DNA from: a virus
Lineage: Duplodnaviria; Caudoviricetes
DNA: 53,844 nt
Reading direction: 5' to 3' (one strand)
IMG/VR virus record: IMGVR_UViG_3300032092_000043
Location: 1 to 53,844 of that record
Part shown: positions 8,447 to 18,091 of the stretch, one piece after another
How the letters are laid out: every line of letters begins with the position of its first letter
Position numbering within the stretch: the first letter of the stretch is position 1
Position numbers and translations under genes: made by a program
Notes under the pieces: model-generated
What the model was told of the DNA's origin: nothing
Database searches by the model: none
The model's input: the letters and a program-made list of their open reading frames with translations, nothing else

Positions 8447-11245
8447 ATGGCTGCAACAAACTTTACACCGATTCAACTTTACTTCTCAACGACTGCATCT
8501 GCCGTACCTCTGGCGGCAAATCTTGCGCAAGGTGAATTGGCAATCAACATCACCGACGGAAAGCTGTATTACGAGGACAACGGCGGCGTTGTGCAGGTAA
8601 TTGCAACCAAAGGTGCTGGCACGATTGGTGGATCAACAACGCAGATTCAGTACAACAACGCAGGCGCGTTGGCTGGTAATGCTGCAATGGTGTTCAACAA
8701 CTCAACGAACGTCACCACGCTGACCACGCTGAACCTCACCAATGCCCTTGGAGCCATCTACGGCGGCACTGCGCAGTCCACTTATACCCAAGGTGACATC
8801 CTCTACTCCTCGGCCACGAACACGCTGGCCAAGCTTGGTATTGGCGTGGTCAACTACATCCTGACGTCAACTGGAACGGTCCCTCAGTGGGTTGCACCTT
8901 CAAGCATCACCGTCAACACAGCGACCAACCTTGCTGGTGGCCTTGCTGGATCTGTTCCTTACCAGTCGGCTCTCGACACGACGACGTTCTTAGCTATTGG
9001 AGCTGCCAATCGGGTCATGACCTCTACTGGTACTGCCCCGCAGTGGGTGACGTCCCTGACGGGCCTCACAGGCGTTTCCAGCTCTAGCATTACCAATACC
9101 AGCCTGACCTCTGGCCGCGTCGTTGTGAGCACCACCGCTGGCCTTCAGGCTGACGATGCTGACCTGACCTTTGACGGCACAACTTTGTCGGCTGGCGGCT
9201 TCTCAACGGTCGGCCTGAGCACTTTGGTCAAAACCGTCAAGATTGGTGACAGCAACTTTAACGGCGTGGCCGTGTTTGCTGCTGCTACGCCTGCCAAGCT
9301 GTATATGGGTACGGGTACTGTGACCGACGTCACCTCGGCAATCAGCGCAACCAACGCAATTGGTGCAATCGCCTCCTTGGGCATTACCCCAATCGCTGCG
9401 ACCAACACCAGCGTCACCTACACCGACGCAGCCACTTTGTACATTGCAGGCGCTCCAAGCGCTGGCACGAACGTCACTTTGACCAACCCATACGCTTTGT
9501 ATGTGGCTTCTGGTAACGCCTACTTTGGCGGCACAGTGACTGCTGGAACCGTCAACCTGACCACGCTTGACCTGACCAACCTTGAAGTGACCAACATCAA
9601 AGCCAAGGACGGTACGGCTTCGATCACTCTGGCCGACACCACTGGTATTGCCACATTCAGCGGTGCTACCGTATTTACGGCTGGCACAGCGTTATTGCCC
9701 GCCATCACCACAACTGGCGATACAAACACTGGTATTTGGTTTCCTGCGGCTGACACTATTGCCTTTACAGAAGGTGGTGTGGAGTCTATGCGCATAGATT
9801 CGTCAGGCAATCTAGGCTTGGGTGTTACTCCTAGTGCTTGGAGTAGCGCAAGCAGACCCGCATTGCAATTAACAAATGGTGCGGCTTTGTTTACTCGAAC
9901 TGGAAGCACGTTCTTAAGTCAAAACTTTTTTTACAATGCTGGTGACACAGGCTCGTATATTGCCAATGGTTTTGCAACGGTTTATGTTCAAACCAGCGGT
10001 CAACACCAATGGTACAACGCCCCATCAGGCACGGCAAATAACACAGCGGCTTTAACGCAAGCAATGACGCTTGATGCCAGCGGTCGGCTACTTGTTGGCA
10101 CTACCTCTGGTTCTGGCGCAACAATGTTTACTGTCAATCAACCGACTGCAAGCACTGATGCAAAAACGATTGTCTCTGTTACTACTGGAACAAATGCGGC
10201 ATTTACAGCCTTTGTCAACACTACAGTAACCACAGTAGGAACTGAAAACAGTTCTGGTGGAAGCCTTGTTTCTGGTTCATCTGCTTACTCAACTGTTATT
10301 GCAAACAATGGTGCATACCCAATTTCGTTTGGCACAAACAACACAGAACGTGCCCGTATCGACTCCAGCGGCAATGTGGGGATTGGTACAAATAATCCTG
10401 CGGAAAAACTAAGTGTTGCAGGCGCTATACGAGTACATACAGCTTCTAGTGCAGGATTTACTTTAGATGCAAAAGGTGGGTTGTTTGATTTTGTTCCATC
10501 AAGCAATACTGTCCGAGTTGGGTATGTCCCGGGAACATCTGGTGTAAACACAGGTATTTTAACTTTTTTAGTTGGCAGTGGCAGTACAGCGGCTACTATT
10601 GACTCAAGCGGTAACTTTATTGTTGGTACTGGCAATGAAAACGGTCAATTTACTGTTAGAAATGCGTCTGCAAACAAGGCCACCGCTGCAATTATTGCAT
10701 CAAATACGTCTGGGCCAAACTATGCAATTGACGCCGTTAGTCATGCCACTGCCGCCAACACACCATCTTTAATTCGTGGATATTCTGGTAGCGCATCACC
10801 AACACAAGTTTTTAACTTAAGCGGTTTTGGAAACATCACCCAGTTTGGTGGACAGATTTTTTTCCCCGCAACTCAATCAGCATCAACTGATGCAAACTGT
10901 TTGGATGACTATGAGGAGGGGACTTGGACACCTGTATTTTCGGCTGGTGGCATAACGGGAACAAGTATCACATACAGCGGGACATACACAAAAATTGGTA
11001 GAGTTGTGTCTGTAAGTTTTCGTGCAGAGTCAGCATCAGGCAATATAAACGTAAGTTCTTATGCAACATTTTCTGGACTGCCATTTACTGTTGGGGTTAA
11101 GGGATGTGGCTCCGCTACCACAGAAGATATTGATGTTTTTGCTAGTCTTGGATTTGCCGAAACATCAGGCACATCTTTGGGATTGTCTAAATGCGGAAAC
11201 GGAACAACTGCCGATTTGAATGCAATGGTCACATTTTTTGTCTAA
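8447..11245 (+). CDS. Tail fibre / receptor-binding protein (distal)
   Basis: N-terminal GELAINITDGKLY; repeated RIDSSGNxGIGT modules; C-terminal LDDYEEGTWTP domain. Confidence 0.8.
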   Translation: MAATNFTPIQLYFSTTASAVPLAANLAQGELAINITDGKLYYEDNGGVVQVIATKGAGTIGGSTTQIQYNNAGALAGNAAMVFNNSTNVTTLTTLNLTNALGAIYGGTAQSTYTQGDILYSSATNTLAKLGIGVVNYILTSTGTVPQWVAPSSITVNTATNLAGGLAGSVPYQSALDTTTFLAIGAANRVMTSTGTAPQWVTSLTGLTGVSSSSITNTSLTSGRVVVSTTAGLQADDADLTFDGTTLSAGGFSTVGLSTLVKTVKIGDSNFNGVAVFAAATPAKLYMGTGTVTDVTSAISATNAIGAIASLGITPIAATNTSVTYTDAATLYIAGAPSAGTNVTLTNPYALYVASGNAYFGGTVTAGTVNLTTLDLTNLEVTNIKAKDGTASITLADTTGIATFSGATVFTAGTALLPAITTTGDTNTGIWFPAADTIAFTEGGVESMRIDSSGNLGLGVTPSAWSSASRPALQLTNGAALFTRTGSTFLSQNFFYNAGDTGSYIANGFATVYVQTSGQHQWYNAPSGTANNTAALTQAMTLDASGRLLVGTTSGSGATMFTVNQPTASTDAKTIVSVTTGTNAAFTAFVNTTVTTVGTENSSGGSLVSGSSAYSTVIANNGAYPISFGTNNTERARIDSSGNVGIGTNNPAEKLSVAGAIRVHTASSAGFTLDAKGGLFDFVPSSNTVRVGYVPGTSGVNTGILTFLVGSGSTAATIDSSGNFIVGTGNENGQFTVRNASANKATAAIIASNTSGPNYAIDAVSHATAANTPSLIRGYSGSASPTQVFNLSGFGNITQFGGQIFFPATQSASTDANCLDDYEEGTWTPVFSAGGITGTSITYSGTYTKIGRVVSVSFRAESASGNINVSSYATFSGLPFTVGVKGCGSATTEDIDVFASLGFAETSGTSLGLSKCGNGTTADLNAMVTFFV

Positions 11246-11314
11246 TTAAAGAGTTCATTAGCCTGACTGGATTGGTCAGGCTGGACACAACGCCAACCTT
11301 AAGGAGAAACCCAA

Positions 11315-11584
11315 ATGGCAATCACCAAAGAAAAAGTAATCGACCAAATCACCGTGACCGAGAACGGCATCGTTCTCTATCGTGAGGCAACTCGCATCAT
11401 GGAAGACGGTGAGCAACTCAGCCAAACCTACCACCGCACAAGCCTGACACCCGCACAAGACCTCACGGGTCACCCTGCCAATGTCGTGGCTCACTGCAAT
11501 GTGGCTTGGACACCTGAAGTCGTTGCGGCTTATCAGGCTCAAGTGGCGGCTCAGGCGGCTGAACGTCAAAACCAAGGAACATGA
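11315..11584 (+). CDS. Small tail-fibre-associated protein
   Basis: AAGGAG RBS; directly follows fibre gene. Confidence 0.7.
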   Translation: MAITKEKVIDQITVTENGIVLYREATRIMEDGEQLSQTYHRTSLTPAQDLTGHPANVVAHCNVAWTPEVVAAYQAQVAAQAAERQNQGT

Positions 11585-11916
11585 GCATGAGCGCGACATT
11601 TACTTGGGCTATTGAGTGGATGAACTGCAAACCCACAGAGGGTTCATACACTGACGTTGTGGTCAATGCTGGCTGGCGCTGTGATGGTGTGCAAGGCGTT
11701 TACAGCGGTGCTTCGTACAGTTCAGCAACATTTCCAATGCCTGAAGGCACGTTCACCCCCTACGACCAACTCACACAAGCACAAGTCTTGGGTTGGTGCT
11801 GGGCAAATGGCGTGGACAAGATTGCAACTGAGGCGGCGGTTCAAGGGCAGATTGACAACCAAATCAACCCACCAATCGTGCAACAACCTTTGCCTTGGGC
11901 AACGCCTGCGGCATAA
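11581..11916 (+). CDS. Small tail-fibre-associated protein
   Basis: FTPYDQLTQAQVLGW...PLPW pattern typical of fibre-adjacent genes. Confidence 0.7.
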   Translation: MSMSATFTWAIEWMNCKPTEGSYTDVVVNAGWRCDGVQGVYSGASYSSATFPMPEGTFTPYDQLTQAQVLGWCWANGVDKIATEAAVQGQIDNQINPPIVQQPLPWATPAA

Positions 11917-11971
11917 TTGAAGATGGGCAAACCGCTGGCCCTAACAGCGGCAATTACACGGAGAGTATTTC

Positions 11972-12133
11972 ATGCAAAAAATTGCACTTTCAACTGAGTT
12001 GGTCAACGCAATCCTGCAATATTTGGGCAATCAGCCCTTTGTTCAGGTTCAGCAATTGATCAACGGCATCCAGCAAGAGGCGCAAGCCCAAGTTGCACCC
12101 CCAGCCCCTGCTGACGTGACAGTCGTAGAGTAA
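11972..12133 (+). CDS. 53-aa hypothetical protein (not in ORF track)
   Basis: GGAG RBS; MQKIALSTELVNAILQYLGNQPFVQVQQLINGIQQEAQ... Confidence 0.7.
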   Translation: MQKIALSTELVNAILQYLGNQPFVQVQQLINGIQQEAQAQVAPPAPADVTVVE

Positions 12134-12148
12134 AGCGGTAATTGCTTC

Positions 12149-12364
12149 ATGGAACAAATTCAGGAACTTGCCACTGAAACCGACAAGCGCCTGAGCGTTC
12201 ATGAGGCAATTTGCGCTCAACGATATGAGGGCATTCAAGCCCGCTTTGATGATGGTTCCAAGCGCATGAACAGGATTGAGTACCTCTTGTATGTAGTCAT
12301 TCTTGCCGTGTTGCTTGGCCCCGGTGTAGCCGCCGACTTTGTCAAAAAAATTATAGGGGTGTGA
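12149..12364 (+). CDS. Small coiled-coil plus C-terminal TM protein (holin/XhlA-like)
   Basis: HEAICAQRY motif, hydrophobic C-terminal helix, upstream of endolysin. Confidence 0.55.
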   Translation: MEQIQELATETDKRLSVHEAICAQRYEGIQARFDDGSKRMNRIEYLLYVVILAVLLGPGVAADFVKKIIGV

Positions 12365-12365
12365 T

Positions 12366-12635
12366 ATGAATTGGGCAGATGTTTTAAAAGCAGTCATACC
12401 CATCATTGTTGCGTCCCTTGCTTGGCTCTTAGGTCAAGTGAATGATTTTTCTACGCGCCTGACACGAATTGAGGGCGCTATGCCTGCATTGATTACCAAA
12501 GAGGGCGTCCCAACAGACAGTCCAATCTCTGCGGAGCGTCGAGCCATGATGAAAGAAAACTTGATGTTGCACATCAACGAATTGCAAGTCAAAGTCAGAT
12601 TGCTTGAAGAACGCGAAAAGATGGTGAAAAAATGA
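12366..12635 (+). CDS. Small membrane protein in lysis cassette
   Basis: N-terminal TM segment then coiled coil. Confidence 0.55.
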   Translation: MNWADVLKAVIPIIVASLAWLLGQVNDFSTRLTRIEGAMPALITKEGVPTDSPISAERRAMMKENLMLHINELQVKVRLLEEREKMVKK

Positions 12636-13150
12636 TTCCAATCGTTGCATCCCTACTAGGTACATTGGCTCAGAATGGTCTGGGCCTTTTGTCTTCTGCG
12701 ATTCAAGCAAAGGGCAAGCAAGTTGTTGAAGAAGCCCTTGGTGTGAAGATTTCTGACAACCCATCTGATGCTGAAGTTGCCAAGTTGCGCCAGCTTCAGT
12801 TTGACCACGAAGAGCGTTTGCTTGAGTTGGGCATTGAGAAGGCTCGTATTGAGCAAGAAGAATTGCAGGCGTTGCTCAAGGCACAAGCAAATCAAGAGGA
12901 CAACGTGTCTAAACGCTGGCAGGCTGATATGTCTTCAGACTCGTGGCTGTCAAAGAATGTGCGCCCCGGCACGCTTGTGTACCTCCTAACAGCGTATTTA
13001 ATCTTTGCTCTGCTTGATGGCTACGGGTACAAGATAAGCGAGTCCTACGTCAACCTGCTAGGTCAGTGGGGGATGCTCGTGATGACCGCCTACTTTGGCG
13101 GTCGCACCGTTGAGAAGGTCATGGAGATGCGCAGAAAGGACAAAGAATGA
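12632..13150 (+). CDS. Holin-like protein (GTA 3TM holin type)
   Basis: SDSWLSKNVRP, two TM helices, YFGGRT motif; ATGA overlap with endolysin. Confidence 0.7.
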   Translation: MIPIVASLLGTLAQNGLGLLSSAIQAKGKQVVEEALGVKISDNPSDAEVAKLRQLQFDHEERLLELGIEKARIEQEELQALLKAQANQEDNVSKRWQADMSSDSWLSKNVRPGTLVYLLTAYLIFALLDGYGYKISESYVNLLGQWGMLVMTAYFGGRTVEKVMEMRRKDKE

Positions 13151-13488
13151 GCCTGAGTCAAGAACAAGCCGCATTCCTGTTGGATACCTGCAAACTCATT
13201 CAATACGCCACTGAGCAGGGTTTTATGGTCACTGGTGGGGAGTTGTCCCGAACACCTGAACAGCAGGCTCTGCACGTCAAGGCGGGCCGCTCCAAGACCA
13301 TGAATTCAATACACCTCAAGCGCTGCGCTATCGACTTGAACTTCTTCAAGGATGGGCAGATAATATGGGACAAGGGAATTCTTGCACCTTTAGGTACGTT
13401 TTGGGAGTCTTTGCACCCCAAAAATCGCTGGGGTGGCAATTTTAAATCTCTGGTCGATTGCCCGCATTTTGAGCGCAACGTCGGATAA
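13147..13488 (+). CDS. Endolysin, peptidase M15 family
   Basis: SRTPEQQ, SIHxxRCAIDL, WGGNF..D.PHFE zinc-ligand motifs. Confidence 0.88.
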   Translation: MSLSQEQAAFLLDTCKLIQYATEQGFMVTGGELSRTPEQQALHVKAGRSKTMNSIHLKRCAIDLNFFKDGQIIWDKGILAPLGTFWESLHPKNRWGGNFKSLVDCPHFERNVG

Positions 13489-13499
13489 CGGAGAACAAA

Positions 13500-14135
13500 A
13501 TGACAGTCGCAGCCGTAATGACGTATGACTCGCTGGTCGACGACATCCAGACCTATCTGGAGCGTACCGACCAGCAGACATTGGACAAGATTCCGCAGTT
13601 CATTATGCTGGCGGAGCAGATCATTGCGGCTGAGATCAAATTCCTTGGCAACCTGACTGTGGTCACAAGCACCATGGTGGCATCTGCCAATGTCATTCCA
13701 AAACCCGCACGCTGGCGCAAGACGGTGTCAATGAACGTAACCGTGGCGGGTCAACGTCAGCCTGTGCTGCTGCGCACTTACGAGTACATCCGCGAGTATT
13801 GGCCAAACCCAACCTCGACCGATGTGCCGCTGTACTTTTGCGATTACGACTACACGCATTGGCTGGTAGGCCCTACGCCTGCTTTGGGTTATTCCTACGA
13901 GGTACTTTACTACGAGCGCGTGCAGCCTTTAGATTCCTCGAACCAATCAAACTGGTTCACCCAGTACGCCCCACAGGCGATGCTGTATGGCACTTTGCTA
14001 CAAGCGATGCCGTTCCTCAAAAATGACGAGCGCATGCCTATGTGGCAAAGCAATTTTGACAGAATCATTGAAGTCCTGAAGACGGAGAACGTCACTCGTG
14101 CCGCTGATCGTCAGGCGATTGTGAGGGATTCATGA
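13500..14135 (+). CDS. Tail adaptor protein (podovirus tubular protein A-like)
   Basis: TYDSLVDDIQTYLER, GPTP, LYGTLLQAMPFLKNDERM motifs. Confidence 0.7.
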   Translation: MTVAAVMTYDSLVDDIQTYLERTDQQTLDKIPQFIMLAEQIIAAEIKFLGNLTVVTSTMVASANVIPKPARWRKTVSMNVTVAGQRQPVLLRTYEYIREYWPNPTSTDVPLYFCDYDYTHWLVGPTPALGYSYEVLYYERVQPLDSSNQSNWFTQYAPQAMLYGTLLQAMPFLKNDERMPMWQSNFDRIIEVLKTENVTRAADRQAIVRDS

Positions 14136-15628
14136 GCTTTACCAGTCCATTTACAGGTCAGGTCATTCAACCGACCGACGTCTCTTATCGCGATATAACG
14201 CTGTCAGCCGACACAACCCTTTCTTGGCCAATCAACGGCAGCGATACCGACAACGCAGCCGCACGGGTTATGGACGTCACGTCGCTTTCAAGCGGCTTGG
14301 TGCTTTCTGGCGTTACCGTCACAGGTACGGCAGGCCAGTGCTCTTGCACCGCCACCCCAAGCTTGTTTGTTGGCCAAGCAGTTGTTGTCACTGGAGTTTC
14401 CACGGGCACTTCAGGCGGCATCACGACTGGCAACACCTACTACATCATTGTCACCAACGGCACGACGACCTTCACACTGTCGGCCACCTCGGGCGGCGCT
14501 GCGGTGGCCACAACGGCGGGCACGACGACTGGCCTGACGTTCACGCTGGATGCGTTTACCTTGGACATGCCGCCTGCAAATCAGGCCTCTGTTGGCATTG
14601 ATGCGCTGTTCCGCAACGTAGGCTCCTACACCTTCACCGTCAGAACTTACGCTGGTGGCACGATCGTCACGATTGCTCCGGGCGAGGCCAAGTACATCTA
14701 CCTCACCACCAACGCCACCACGGCGGGCACATGGGGCCTCATAGCCTTTGGCGTTGGCACATCCAACGTAGATGCAGCCACCCTTGCTGGTTTTGGCCTC
14801 AAGGCTATTTCCAACACGTTAAACTCAGCAAACGAGGTCAACACCTTTGCGTCCAGTTACACCGCACTTGACACTGACCGCGCATCCACCTACGTTTGGA
14901 CGGGCGGATCTGGCACGCTGACGCTCACCTCTGCTGTGACGCTGGGCAACGACTGGTACATGATGGTCCGCAACGGCGGAACGGGGACGTTGACCATTGC
15001 TCCTGCTGGCGGCATTCTGATCAACGGCGCATCGACAATTTCGTTGCAGCCTGCTGACTCCTGCGTGATCTGCTGCTCTGGCTCTGCATTCTTCACGGTA
15101 GGCTTGGGCCGCAGCACTGAGTTCAACTTTACCCAGCTCACCAAGGCTGTGGTGAGTGGCAGCTACACCCTGACCGCATCAGAGGCGGCCAACACAATTC
15201 AAAAGTACACAGGGACCCTGACTGGCAACGTCACCATAGTGCTGCCACAAACAATTCAGGTGTACTACATCACCAACCAAACCAACGGTGGTGGACCCGG
15301 CTACCAGATCACCTTCACCACGAGCGGAGGCGGGGCTACGGCTACCGTCCCAGCAAGCCAGCAGGTGATCTTGCTGTGCGACTCGGTCAACTTGCTGAAC
15401 GCCTCAACGATTGCCGCTGGTGCGGTGAACGTGTCTCTGGTGGATGGCACGGTGGGCGCTCCATCGCTTAACTTTGCGACCGAGACGTCAACGGGCATCT
15501 ACCGCCCCAGCTCGGGCGAGTTTGGTATTGCAATCTTGGGCGTCAAGCTGTTTGGGCTGACCGCGACAGGGCTAAACATCCCGGGTACGGGGAACTTTAC
15601 TGGGGGTGTTCAGGGCGGGACCTTCTAA
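14132..15628 (+). CDS. Tail structural/fibre-anchoring protein
   Basis: T/G-rich beta protein between adaptor and nozzle; ends GGTF. Confidence 0.65.
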   Translation: MSFTSPFTGQVIQPTDVSYRDITLSADTTLSWPINGSDTDNAAARVMDVTSLSSGLVLSGVTVTGTAGQCSCTATPSLFVGQAVVVTGVSTGTSGGITTGNTYYIIVTNGTTTFTLSATSGGAAVATTAGTTTGLTFTLDAFTLDMPPANQASVGIDALFRNVGSYTFTVRTYAGGTIVTIAPGEAKYIYLTTNATTAGTWGLIAFGVGTSNVDAATLAGFGLKAISNTLNSANEVNTFASSYTALDTDRASTYVWTGGSGTLTLTSAVTLGNDWYMMVRNGGTGTLTIAPAGGILINGASTISLQPADSCVICCSGSAFFTVGLGRSTEFNFTQLTKAVVSGSYTLTASEAANTIQKYTGTLTGNVTIVLPQTIQVYYITNQTNGGGPGYQITFTTSGGGATATVPASQQVILLCDSVNLLNASTIAAGAVNVSLVDGTVGAPSLNFATETSTGIYRPSSGEFGIAILGVKLFGLTATGLNIPGTGNFTGGVQGGTF

Positions 15629-17841
15629 TGGCCGCCAAGGTTTTCTCCCTCGACACGCAGCCGGGTATTCAGCGCGACGGCACGGTCTTCGACAAAATGT
15701 TCTACAACGACGGCGAGTGGGTCCGCTTTCAGCGTGGCCGTCCTCGCAAGATCGGCGGTTATCGTGTCATTTCTGACCAGCTCACAGGCCCTTCACGCGG
15801 GATCTGGGTCAACGCTCAGAACGCCTTCACGTCAATCTTCAGCGGCTACAACAACGGCCTTCAGGTCCTAACCATTGACAACAATGGCGTGGGCGCAGGG
15901 GTGGGTAACTTTACCCTGTCCAATTTCACGCAGTCCAACTTGAACTTGTGGCAGTTTGACGGCTTCTATGACGTGGCGGGCACAGGCTTGCAGTCGCTGG
16001 TCGCGCACCCGGGGCAGAACCTTGCCTCCATCGGAAACGACAACGACACCCCAGTCCTGATTGGCGACATCACCGCCTTGACCATGAGTCAAGTTGGCGT
16101 GTTTACTGCCTCTGGCACAACAACAAATTTAAGCGCCACGGTGACCTTGGCAGCGTCCAACACCTTGATCGGCGCTGGCCAAACGGTGACTGGCACGGGC
16201 ATACCCGCCAACACCACGGTGGTGTCCATCTCCACGACCACGCTGGTGATCTCTAACCCTGCCACGGCCTCTGGCACTGTGACATTAACCTTTAACAACA
16301 ACATCTCAGTGTCTGGTGGCGTGGTGTCGCTGCACCCCTACCTGTTTGTTTACGGCAACAACGGCCTGATCCAGAACTCCTCGGCTGGCAACACCAACGA
16401 TTGGGTCTCTGCGGACGCCAACGCGGTCAATGTGGCCTCTGGAAAGATCGTCCAAGGGCTACCCGTCAGGGGCGGCTCAAACGCGCCCTCTGGCCTGTTT
16501 TGGAGCCTTGACAGCCTGATCCGCGTGTCGTTCATCGGCGGCACGGGAACGCCTCCTCAATACTGGCGCTACGACATCGTCAGCAGCCAGTCCTCAATTT
16601 TGTCTTCGCAGTCGGCCATTGAGTACGACGGGGTCTATTACTGGTGCGGTGTTGATCGATTCCTGTTGTACAACGGTGTGGTCAAAGAGATCCCCAACAC
16701 CATGAACCAGAATTACTTCTTTGACAACCTGAACTATGACCAACGTCAAAAAGTTTGGGCAACAAAGGTTCCGCGTTTTGGTGAGATTTGGTGGTTTTAC
16801 CCCCGAGGCGATGCAACCGAATGCACCGACGCCATCATCTATAACGTGCGCGAACAGACTTGGTACGACGCGGGCGAGGCCAGTGGTGCGCAGCGATCGG
16901 CTGGGTACTTCTCCCAAGTGTTCGCTTTTCCTGTGGCCGCAGACTGGCACGCTAGCACCGCTGAGACCGTGTTCACGGGTACTTTTAACGAGGTGTCTGG
17001 CAGCGTTTTTCTGTTCAGCGACACCTACAACACTCAAGTTGCTTTGAATCAGGTCATCACTGGCTCCAACATCCCTACAAGCACGACTGTGGTGGCCATC
17101 ACTTCTAGCAACATCAAGACGCTTGGAGCTATCACAGGAGGCTCTGGCTACGTCAACGGCTCCTACTCCAACGTAACCCTCACAGGAGGCGCAGGATTGG
17201 GCGCTAAGGCCACAATTGGCGTTTCTGGTACTGCCGTGACCACCGTGACCATCACGGCCCGTGGAGCTGGCTATTTGGTTGGCGACGTCCTAAGCGCCAC
17301 GGCGGCCAGTTTGGGTGGCACGGGAGCGGGGTTCTCAATTCCTGTGTCGGCAATTTATGCTCAAGCAATCCAAATGTCGGCGGCTGCCACGGGAACGGGC
17401 GCAGTGTCATTGACCTTTTCAATCCCCCCTGACCTTATTGAGATGTACCAGCACGAGATCGGAACTGATCAGATAAATGGTCAAAATGTACAAGCAATCC
17501 TTAGCTCTTTTGAGACCAACGACCTGAGCTGGCTTGGCGGTGGCCCTTCTCAGCCTCAACCCGAAGGCCTCAACCGCTGGATTCGCGTGGAGCGCATCGA
17601 GCCTGACTTTTTGCAAGAAGGCGAGATGAGTGTGGTCGTGACTGGCCGACCGTTTGCTCAAGGCGAAGACAAAGAGTCCGACCCTTACATTTTTGGACCC
17701 AACACAGGCAAGATTGACATGCGTGAGCAGCGCCGCGAATTGCGATTGAGGTTTACCTCTGATGTGGCTGGTGGAAACTACCAGCTTGGCAAATTGGTTC
17801 TCAACGCCGAGATCGGCGACGTGAGGCCATATGGCCCTTAA
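15628..17841 (+). CDS. Tail nozzle / P22 gp10-like DNA stabilisation protein with inserted domains
   Basis: WVRFQRGRPRKIGG, EIWWFYP, YNVREQTWY motifs typical of podovirus beta-propeller nozzle proteins. Confidence 0.7.
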   Translation: MAAKVFSLDTQPGIQRDGTVFDKMFYNDGEWVRFQRGRPRKIGGYRVISDQLTGPSRGIWVNAQNAFTSIFSGYNNGLQVLTIDNNGVGAGVGNFTLSNFTQSNLNLWQFDGFYDVAGTGLQSLVAHPGQNLASIGNDNDTPVLIGDITALTMSQVGVFTASGTTTNLSATVTLAASNTLIGAGQTVTGTGIPANTTVVSISTTTLVISNPATASGTVTLTFNNNISVSGGVVSLHPYLFVYGNNGLIQNSSAGNTNDWVSADANAVNVASGKIVQGLPVRGGSNAPSGLFWSLDSLIRVSFIGGTGTPPQYWRYDIVSSQSSILSSQSAIEYDGVYYWCGVDRFLLYNGVVKEIPNTMNQNYFFDNLNYDQRQKVWATKVPRFGEIWWFYPRGDATECTDAIIYNVREQTWYDAGEASGAQRSAGYFSQVFAFPVAADWHASTAETVFTGTFNEVSGSVFLFSDTYNTQVALNQVITGSNIPTSTTVVAITSSNIKTLGAITGGSGYVNGSYSNVTLTGGAGLGAKATIGVSGTAVTTVTITARGAGYLVGDVLSATAASLGGTGAGFSIPVSAIYAQAIQMSAAATGTGAVSLTFSIPPDLIEMYQHEIGTDQINGQNVQAILSSFETNDLSWLGGGPSQPQPEGLNRWIRVERIEPDFLQEGEMSVVVTGRPFAQGEDKESDPYIFGPNTGKIDMREQRRELRLRFTSDVAGGNYQLGKLVLNAEIGDVRPYGP

Positions 17842-18091
17842 CCCTGCACAGATTTATGACCCACGCTATCACACGTTTGAGTCGTGGGCGTGCCTTATGT
17901 GCGAGCTTTATGGTGCGCAGAATTTGCAAATCCCAAATGCTCAAACAAATTGGAAAGATTGGGGCAACGGACTTAACGCGATTGACGTCTTCTCAAATGA
18001 GGCAACGCCCCGCACGGACCAATTCAATAATTGGTATGAGTGGGCCGAGGCCATGGTGGCGGCAGTTAATCCAGCGACGCAAACAACATGA
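17831..18091 (+). CDS. Hypothetical protein
   Basis: 86 aa W-rich ORF overlapping both neighbours. Confidence 0.65.
   Translation: MALNPAQIYDPRYHTFESWACLMCELYGAQNLQIPNAQTNWKDWGNGLNAIDVFSNEATPRTDQFNNWYEWAEAMVAAVNPATQTT

Noticed and set aside
8447-11245. Diversity-generating retroelement targeting the fibre
   Set aside because: No reverse transcriptase and no template/variable repeat pair noticed
11914-11950. Stop-codon readthrough stimulated by the pseudoknot
   Set aside because: Readthrough adds only about 26 residues and is out of frame with the next gene
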